Under the pieces are notes generated by a model. The model did not search any database. It worked only from the letters and a program-made list of their open reading frames with translations, and was not told the DNA's origin. This document shows, piece after piece, positions 55,494 to 64,000 of a stretch of 64,000 bases of DNA. The DNA is from Veleropilina oligotropha (Eukaryota). Numbering within the stretch: position 1 is the stretch's first letter; every line of letters begins with the position of its first letter. A program made the position numbers and the translations under genes. The stretch lies in the NCBI GenBank assembly GCA_048128005.1, contig JBEUKZ010000049.1:62001-126000 (forward strand). Direction: 5' to 3'.

Positions 55494-58400
55494 TTATAAC
55501 TTGTAGAAAATATTTACTTGTTTTAAAAACTCGAATAAAGCTTCGAGCTTAGTGAGACTAAATAACTCTTGGAGCGAGTTTGCCCGGAAGTACTTTTGGC
55601 GTGCGAGATCCAAATCGACACAATCCAATAATATATGTTTAATTGTTAGGGCACATGCACAAGGAATACACTCAGGTGGAAGCTCCCCCTTAAGCAGGTA
55701 GCAGTGAGTGTAGTGGGAATGCCCAATTCTCAGTCTAGCTAAGACAACCTCTTCGCGGCGAATGATCCTGTAAGATGGAACCCATTCGCCAAGAAGAGGC
55801 TTGATTGCATGCAATTTATTCCTTGTGCATTCACTCCAAGAGTGCTGCCAAGTAGTATTTATATATTTGTTTATGTTTTGTTTAAAATCAGAGTGGGGTA
55901 ATTTACAATTTAGTGTATGGTTAAGATGTGAGGCTGCCTTGGCAGCTTGGTCAGCCTTCTCATTGCCTTGGATACCAATGTGACTTGGTATCCAGCATAA
56001 AATAATGTCATTATAGGGTAAAAGATTGTTATACTGTATTAAAATATCATAAATAAGAGGGTTTCTATTCATCTCCCTCAATGCTTGTAAGCTAGAGAGG
56101 GAGTCTGAATAGATAATAAAACGCCTATTAATACTAGTTGATATAAAATTGAGTGCAAGTTCGATTGCCTTTAGTTCCGCAGTAAATATAGTCGTGCTGC
56201 CTGGCAGACGGTTTTGAAAACATCGTCTGCCAGTGACAGCGGCTGCTCCTACTAATTCTGCATCTTTTGAACCATCTGTATATATACTTGCACGATCTGA
56301 ATATTTTAATTTCAGATCGTGCAATTTTGTTAGATAATCTGTTGTTGTATTTGATTTTTTGAGTGATGTAAGATCTATGTCAATTTCCGGTACTTTTAGT
56401 GTCCATGGTGGAGTATCCGGAATGTAATTTGTTTTAATTTGATCTATATTTATGTTTGACTTTTCTAGTGCTGGTTTTATGCGAATGCCTAATGGTGCAA
56501 TTTTGTTTGGTTTTGCCTGAAACAGAATTTCGTAGTTAGGTGTAAATACAGTTTCGAAAGCTGGATTAAATGGATTTGATTTTAATTTAATTGCATACTG
56601 CAGTGAAAGTTTTTCGCCTCTATGTGTAAGTGATGGTTCGTTTGCTTCGACATAAAGGCTTTCCATGGGTGATGTACGGAAAGCCCCTAGTGCCAATCGA
56701 AGCCCTTGATTATGGATTGGATCAAGCATTTTAAGGTAAGAATGGCGAGCAGAGCCATATACAATGCTCCCGTAATCAAGTTTTGATCTAATTAAGGATC
56801 TATATAATCGGAGTAAAACTTTTTTATCAGCACCCCATTCAGTATTAGAAACTACTTTCATTAAATTTAAAGCTTTCTGACATTTAGCTTTAATATATTT
56901 GATATGAGGTATGAAAGTCAGTTTGCGGTCAAATATAAGGCCTAAAAATTTAAATTGGTCCACCACTGGAATCTCAAAGTCATCCAGTTTCAGCACAGGG
57001 TCGTCGTGTATTTCACGACGCTGGCAGAAATGCATGCATTTCGTTTTGTCCTTTGATAAGGACCATATCTGTAATTTATTTAGGCCATGTTGTAACTGGC
57101 GTTCTATACTGTTCATATTTGTTGAACGATAGCAAATGCCAAAATCGTCAACAAATAATGAACAGTCAGTGCCAGTACTAATACATTTGACAATACTGTT
57201 TATTCTAATACTGAATAGGGTGACTGATAAAATACTTCCTTGAGGGACACCCATCTCCTGGTCGTGAAGGTCGGAGAGGGTGTCACCCACCTTGACTTTA
57301 AAAATTCGGTCCTCAAGGAATTTTGAGATAAAAGTGGGCAAGTTGCCCTTTAAGCCAAAATCAAACAAATCTTTCATAATCCCGTACTTCCATGTAGTAT
57401 CGTAGGCCTTCTCTAGATCGAAAAAAAACAGCAACTAAGTGTTGTCTGTTTAAGAAGGCCTCACGAACAAAAGTTTCCAGACGTACCAAATGATCAATTG
57501 TGCTCCGGTTCCTACGGAATCCACTTTGATATTCTGTTAATAAATTATTGGATTCAAGATACCAAACTAATCTCTCGTTTATCATCCGTTCCATGGTTTT
57601 ACAAATACAACTCGTCAGAGCTATAGGTCGATAACTGTTTGCATGCGATGGATCTTTCCCTGCCTTGGGAACTGGAATAACGGTAGCTTCCCTCCATGCG
57701 GATGGGAATATTCCAGTTTCCCAAATGGTATTGAATAATGCAAGGAGAGTTGCAAGTGATGTTTCAGGTAAGTGCTTTAGTAACTGATAGTGTATATCAT
57801 CAGGACCAGCTGATGTGTCATGTGCCTTGTTTAGTGAATCTGTGAGTTCTTTGCGTGTAAATGGTTGATTGTATGATTCAGAATTGTTAGATCTAAAGTT
57901 TAGCCTTGTTTTTTCCTTTTGATGTTTGAAACGGGTAAATTTTGGTGTACAGTTATCGGATGATGAATTGGCAGAAAATGTATCTGCCAAAGTATTTGCA
58001 ATGTCTTTAGCTGAGGTTGCTTCTGAGGTGTTTGTTTTAATGTGCTTGATGCAGTTGGGTATATGTTTGCCGCTGATTTTACGGATCATATCCCATGTCT
58101 TTTTAATAGTGGAACGAGAGTTTAGTTTGGTAACATAGGAATGCCAGGATTCCCTTTTGCTTTGCTTGATGGTACGTCTGGCTTTTGCCCTTAGTAGCCT
58201 ATAGCTATTAAGGTTTTGTAATGTTGGGTTGTGTTTAAATGTTGAAATTGCATGTATGCGTGTTTTTATTGCTTGCCTGCAGTCTTCATTAAACCAAGGT
58301 TTACTTTTGTGTTTTGCATTTGGACAGGTCTTTGGAATTGAGAGTGTTGCAATGTCATGTAATGTCGTAGAGAAACTTGATATTGGGTCATCGCCATTAG

Positions 58401-59157
58401 TGAAGTTGTTTGAGTGTAATTGGTCTTCGCAAAGGGATTGGAATCTTGGCCAATCAGCTTTGTAAAGTTTCCACCTTTCAGTGTATGTTTGTGCTTGGTT
58501 AATTGTGCTTTCCAGGAAAATTGGAAAGTGGTCGCTTCCGCGGAGGTCCTCACCAACTTTCCAAGTAAAGTCCAGGAAAGCAGATGGGTCGCACATGGTA
58601 AGGTCAATGGTGGTAAGTGAGCCTGTAGGTGGATGCATGTATGTTGGCGATTTGGTAGTATTAAATAGGCACAAATTGTGTCTCCCGATAAAGTCCTCTA
58701 TTTGATGTCCCCGTTTATCTGTGTCAGTACCGCCCCAATCAGTACTATGGGCATTAAAATCGCCACACAGTACAAATGGGGTCGGTAGCTGATTGATGAG
58801 ATTGTCAAGGTCAGTAGGATGTATATTTATGCTAGGTGGTAAGTATACCGAGCAAATAGTTATTACTCGGTGAGTCGATATTTTCACCGCTACTGCCTGT
58901 AAGTTGGTGTTTAAGTTGACCTGACTGTGTGGTGTTCTGTTGTTGATGATGATTGATACCCCCCCTGTAGCCTTGTCACCTGTGGTGACAATGTGATTAT
59001 ATAGTGAGTGGTGTTTAATGCGTATGTTGTCTGTGAGTTTCATGTAAGTTTCATTGAGACAAAATGCTATTGGTTTGTGATCTTGAATAAGTAAATTGAT
59101 CTCATCTATATTGGGTTTAATGCCTCTACAATTCCATTGTATTAATGTGCCTGCCAT
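55494..59157 (-). pseudogene. LINE ORF2 (APE-RT-RNase H-CCHC), frameshifted
   Basis: A8 at ~57421 versus A7 in copy 1; 18-nt in-frame deletion (DENGFK); YTDGSK and WIPSHIGIQGNE RNase H motifs. Confidence 0.9.
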
Positions 59158-59214
59158 ATTGGTTTATTGGTGTATTATGTTATTTGATTGTAATGTTGTG
59201 TGCAGTGTTTGTCA

Positions 59215-60705
59215 CTACTTATTAGGTGGAAGTACGGTTTTTTTGTGGATTATCGGTTTTGCTGACGGCCGATCCAATAGTTGATCATTATCCATTGGAT
59301 CGTCGACAGACGGTGGTGGCATGGGTGGATCTTCTGCCACCTTTGTCTGTCGATTAAGCTTTGCTTTGGTTGCTGCTGCTGCCTTCCTACCCTTCTCGGT
59401 AGCAGCAGCAACTATGTCAGCTGCAAGGTCCTTTATGGTAGTGTCAGAATCGCTTTGGTCATCTGATGGTTCAATGGTATCCATCAGATTGTCAAAGCGA
59501 TTGTGCAGCTTAATAGGGTCCTCGGACCCTTTGGGCTGTCTATCAGGTTTTGGGGTGTGTTTCTTATGGACTGCTGCTTTTGGAAGAGCAGCAGCCTCTT
59601 TATGTAAATTAATAGTTTGTTTGTTTTGGGATGTCGGTAGTTTGGATGTCTGTGTTGATGATTCTGATGATGTTGATTTTGGCCGAGATGGCATTACTTT
59701 GTAGTTGGGAGAGTCGAATGGCCAGGTAATGTCAGTTTGCACTGAGGAAGATCGCGTTGGAGGTCTTGACTCTGCTACTGCAGTAATTGGTGCATAAGAT
59801 CTGCCCGAAGGAGCCGATGGAATCCTTGACTCGACGAGTCTTCTGGCATCTGGGAACGAGATTCGGTCGATAGTTTTGACCCGCTGAATCTCCTTCTCGT
59901 GTTTCCATTTCGGGCAGTCTTTGGAGTAAGCACTATGGCTACCCTTGCAATTTCTGCAGAAAGGGGTCTTGGTGCATGAGTCAGAGTCGTGACCTTCCTC
60001 ACTGCATCGAGCGCATGCTGTAGTCCGTCTGCATCGGTCCTTGTGATGGCCAAATGCCTGACATTTGAAACATCTCAAGGGGTTAGGGATATAAGGTTCC
60101 ACAGGGATGATAATATATCCGGCTTTGATTGTTTTCGGAAGTACCGGAAGGCGGAATTCCAGGATGACAGTATTGATGGGCAGTCTTTTGCCATCCTTGG
60201 ATATGGTCAGGCGTGTGACCTTAGTGACACCCTGACTCTTCATACCTTCCAGTAGTTCTTGGTCGCTGCATCCCTGCAGTTCCCTTGATCGTATAACTCC
60301 CTTGGATGAGTTCAAGGTCCGATGCGGAAGGACCTCTACTGGGATGTTTACAAATTTGGTACTCCTCAGTAGGTTATCAGAATGGCTCTTCCTGGCACAT
60401 TCAATTAGTATTTTGCCATCTCGGAGTTTCTTGACAGTTCGAGGTTCGCCAGCTAGGCCAAGGATGGCCTTGGAGATGGCGAACAGACTTAATGTAGTGA
60501 TGTCAGTGTCATTAAGTGACTCGACCGTCAAAAAACGGGGCCAACTATCCGGTACAGGAGGTGGAGGATCTGGCTTATATGGTGCCTCATTTTCAGGATC
60601 ATATGGAATAGTCCGGATAGCGGTCATGAAATCAGCATCATCAGAATCGTAATCAAGTGGTTTATTCATTCGTCGTTTAGCCACGTGAAGTGTGTGTTTT
60701 GCCAT
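59215..60705 (-). CDS. LINE ORF1 gag-like protein
   Basis: 496 aa, three CCHC knuckles, homologous to 2540-4015. Confidence 0.9.
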   Translation of the reverse strand: MAKHTLHVAKRRMNKPLDYDSDDADFMTAIRTIPYDPENEAPYKPDPPPPVPDSWPRFLTVESLNDTDITTLSLFAISKAILGLAGEPRTVKKLRDGKILIECARKSHSDNLLRSTKFVNIPVEVLPHRTLNSSKGVIRSRELQGCSDQELLEGMKSQGVTKVTRLTISKDGKRLPINTVILEFRLPVLPKTIKAGYIIIPVEPYIPNPLRCFKCQAFGHHKDRCRRTTACARCSEEGHDSDSCTKTPFCRNCKGSHSAYSKDCPKWKHEKEIQRVKTIDRISFPDARRLVESRIPSAPSGRSYAPITAVAESRPPTRSSSVQTDITWPFDSPNYKVMPSRPKSTSSESSTQTSKLPTSQNKQTINLHKEAAALPKAAVHKKHTPKPDRQPKGSEDPIKLHNRFDNLMDTIEPSDDQSDSDTTIKDLAADIVAAATEKGRKAAAATKAKLNRQTKVAEDPPMPPPSVDDPMDNDQLLDRPSAKPIIHKKTVLPPNK

Positions 60706-61705
60706 GATTTGTGTTTTATTGTTTCATCACCCGAGGTCCCCGCCCACCCCGGAGCCCAACAAGGGGGCATTTAATGGGTGCGGAGTTCCAGCACCCAATG
60801 CCAGGGATACCCGGGTGATATACTCAAATGGTTAATGAATGTCGTGGTGGGAAGTGTATATCCCACCATTCATTACTCACTTGATTGGCCCTTCAGCCAC
60901 CGCCTTCTGGGATATAGATCAATGATGTTACGTGATCTTTTTGATTAGATATTAAATGTAAAATTAAATGATGTTATAAATTATGGTTAATGTTATCCCA
61001 GGGCACGGCGTGACAAGCCGATTGATCAGATAGGGCCTATCTGACCTCCCGTCTAGCTGAATCCGAGGCCAAAGTAGTGTGTTGCTTCAGCCGAGGCCAA
61101 AGCTCAACTACCAGGATCCTCTTCTCCAACATCACGGGTCGCCACCCACGGCAAACAGGTGGCTCCCATTTGGGGGGATCTTACCCCTCTGCAGGGAGAG
61201 CAGTCGGCATATTCTAACCCCTAACCGACTGGGGGGTATTTTAGATGAGAAGGATATCACAGTTAATACTAAACAAGGTTTAGAATTGAAACGTAAAACA
61301 CGCGGTATTGCCAGAGTATGAAGGTCTAACCATTCCAGGAAATAGTGAATTCATAGCTAGTGGTAGAATCAATGGGAGAGAGTACATTGATAAGCGCTAT
61401 GCCATGGTTGAACCAATGTCGACAGAGGATTATTTCTTCTTTGGGAGAAGTGTGGTAGATCCTCAGCAAGATAGTGTCCCTATTAGATTTGCCAATGTTT
61501 CCGATTCTGCGATTAATTTGAAAAGGGGATTTGTAGTGGGAGAGCTACACTCAATTGAGGATATTGTAGAAATATCAAATATGGAAACAGAAATAAGTGA
61601 GTCCCTAAAAGCAAACCATAAATTGTGCAGAGTTCAGGAAAGGTGTGAACATCACCTACGACCTTCTGACACATTTGAACATCATGACGATCTCACTGTA
61701 GAAGA

Positions 61706-61964
61706 GGAGGAGGAATTATGCTTAATGTCCTGTATATTTATAACATCGAGGTTCAAGGCAGGACATGTCCATGTTATCGCGGGAGGAAACCCCGGTCGCC
61801 CGGGTAAACCCGCCCTCTTCGGCCAGTCACGGACAACTGTGCTTCATAACTTGAACAAATGTGTGCTGCCTCAGCCGGGGGTCGATCCCACTACTGTTCG
61901 CGTCAGCGGAAACAAGCCAGTGAAGTTAGAGTGGACACTCTACCCACTGCGCTACCGAAGCGGC
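61706..61964 (-). mobile_element. tRNA-derived SINE with 14-bp TSD
   Basis: TSD CTCACTGTAGAAGA at 61692-61705 and 61965-61978; A box TAGCGCAGTGG, B-box-like GGGATCGACCC; (TCC)n tail. Confidence 0.85.
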
Positions 61965-63229
61965 CTCACTGTAGAAGAACAGAAATTGGTCTACATAGTG
62001 ATGATATATCAGGCGAAGACGAAGTAAGGACCGAAAGCTTCGATCTACCTGAATATCTCCGAAAAATGTATGAAGCAAGTTGTAGAAATATAAAAGATAG
62101 TGAAGTGAGAAGGAAACTTAAGGAACTGTTGATAAAACATAAGGGAGCATTTTCTAAGGATAAGCTAGACCTAGGAAAATGTTCTTTGATTAAGCATAGC
62201 ATCGATACAGCTGGAGCAGCTCCAATTAGACAACCACCAAGGCGAACACCACAAGGGTTCGAAGGTGAAGAAGAAATGTATCTACAGGACCAGATAAAAG
62301 CAGGTGTAGTGCAGCCGTCTTGTTCGGCATGGGCGTCACCGGTCGTTCTCATACGCAAGAAGGATGGTTCGGTTAGGTGGTGCATTGATTATCGGAAAGT
62401 CAAAGATGCTTATCCTATACCTCGAATAGATTCTTGTATTGATTGTTTGGGATCTGCTAAGATATTCTCGACGGTTGACTTACAAAGTGGTTATTGGCAA
62501 ATAGAAATGGATGAGAGAGATAAGGCTAAGACAGCATTCATAACAAAATATGGTTTGTATGAATATAACAAATTGCCTTTCGGGTTATGCAATTCCGCCA
62601 GCACATTTGAACGTTGTATCGAAATGATCTTTAGAGGTTTGCAATGGAAGACGTTACTTATCTATATAGATGATGTGATAATCTTTAGTAATTCTATGTC
62701 TGAACATTTCGAGAGGTTGGACGAGGTTTTGTCAAGACTAAATAGTGCTGGGCTGAAATTAAAACCTTCGAAATGTGAATTGCTAAAATGAGAGGTTTTG
62801 TTCTTAGGTTATCTGGTTGGTCAAGATGGTGTGAAGCCAAATCCTGAGAGCATAAAAGCGATTGCCAAATGGAAAGTTCCAAGCAATGTTAAGGACATTC
62901 AGAGGTTTCTAGGATTATGCAACTATTACAGGCAATTTGTCTATCAATTAAGTGAGATAGCGGCGCCAATGACTGAGCTGACACACAAGGGTGTTCCATT
63001 TGAATGGACATCAAAATGTCAAAGATCATTCGATACTTTGAAAAAATCTTTGTGTGAGGCGCCAGTAAGGGCATATCCATTACCCGATGGGGAGTTTATT
63101 CTCGACACTGATGCATCCGACCTAGGAATAGGTGGTGTATTATTGCAGGTTCAAGAAGGTCAAGAAAAAGTAATTGCCTATGCTTCCAAAACACTTAATA
63201 AGCAACAAAGAAGATATTGTGTAACAAGA

Positions 63230-64000
63230 TTGATTGAATTGATTGAATTGATGTTTAACGACCACGCCGACACTATTTGGTCATAATCGGGTCGGTCAAG
63301 TTGACTATATAATAATTTAATATAAAATATTCAAAGTTGGGATAGTAAGTACCGATAAATAAAAGATGTAAATAAAACAAACCAATACATTTCCAAATAA
63401 AATAAATCCAATGCAAATTAAGATAAAAATCAATGTAATTTAGATAAAAACACAAGGCAATAAAATAACAAAATTTAAAAGGTCAAATGTTTGCTAAATA
63501 CTAGTATAATAATAAAATAGTATAATTAAAAACAAAATATAGAATTTAGTCAAAGGAAATAAAAGTATAAATAAGAATTATAATTTATAGAAAATATTTA
63601 CCTGTTTTAAAAATTCAAATACGGCTTCGAGCTTATTAAGATTAAATAGCTCTTGGAGTGAATTGGCCCTAAAATACCGTTGGCGTGCGAGATCCAAATC
63701 GACACAATCCAATAATATATGTTTAATTGTTAGGGCAGTTGCACAAGGAATACACTCGGGTGGAGGCTCCCCTTTAAGCAAGTAGGAGTGAGTGTAGTGA
63801 GAATGCCCAATCCTCGGTCTGGCCAAGACCACCTCCTCTCGCCGAGTTGGTCTGCAAGAGGGGACCCAATCGCCAAGAAGAGGTTGGACATTCTGCAGTT
63901 TATTCCTTGTGCATTCACTCCAAGAGTGCTGCCAAGTAGAATTTATATATTTGTTATGCTTTGTTTAAAATCTGAGTGTGGTAGTTTACAATTTAGTATA
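63230..64000 (-). mobile_element. 3' end of a third, more degenerate copy of the first LINE family
   Basis: RIGHSHYTH..CIPC..HILLDC..VNIFYKL C-terminus; same 3' stem-loop and tgatt-type tail as at 55229. Confidence 0.9.

Larger units (their letters stand above)
55229..61236 (-). mobile_element. Full-length I/Nimb-type LINE with 12-bp TSD
   Basis: TSD TATTTTAGATGA at 55217-55228 and 61237-61248; 5' UTR, ORF1, ORF2, 3' stem-loop and (TCAAA)n tail. Confidence 0.95.
54902..63229 (+). mobile_element. Gypsy pol fragment (protease-RT-RNase H), same family as 10467-13447, split by a LINE and a SINE
   Basis: 54902-55228 matches 12751-13077; resumes at 61237; RT (DLQSGYWQ, LPFGL, YIDDV; stop at 62789) and RNase H (DTDASD.GIGGVL). 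Confidence 0.9.

Noticed and set aside
61079..62100. Apparently novel N- or C-termini of ORFs 61079, 61308 and 61859 (also 13840 and 62798)
   Set aside because: Chance read-through across LINE/SINE insertion junctions, shown by TSDs or element tails
1..64000. Unistrand piRNA-cluster-like orientation bias
   Set aside because: LINEs, Penelope and Maverick are on minus but Gypsy, DIRS and piggyBac are on plus; cannot be supported without small-RNA data

Overview
AT-rich animal genomic DNA, probably lophotrochozoan or mollusc-like (inferred only from the repeat families). It is almost entirely nested mobile elements, plus two or three exons of a plus-strand host cohesin SA/STAG-like gene. The main object is a complete, GC-rich, 15.9-kb Polinton-like provirus (32324-48238) with AG...CT termini, about 440-bp TIRs (outer 269 bp identical) and a 5-bp TSD (CATTG). 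It encodes an rve integrase, a packaging ATPase, major (frameshifted) and minor capsid proteins, many membrane proteins, a protein with ESCRT late-domain motifs and a secreted Cys-rich protein. In place of a normal protein-primed PolB it has one 1285-aa fusion: OTU-like protease + exonuclease-less divergent PolB + SF1 helicase + HNH-like nuclease. No adenain-like protease is recognisable. Also present: a remnant of a second, canonical Maverick (5086-8575); four I/Nimb-type LINE copies; two pieces of one Gypsy family; a degenerate DIRS element and a partial copy; a Penelope remnant with a minimal hammerhead; a dead piggyBac; tRNA-derived SINEs; Helentron-type ~120-bp arrays; and several MITEs. 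All calls come from motif reading by eye; no searches were run.
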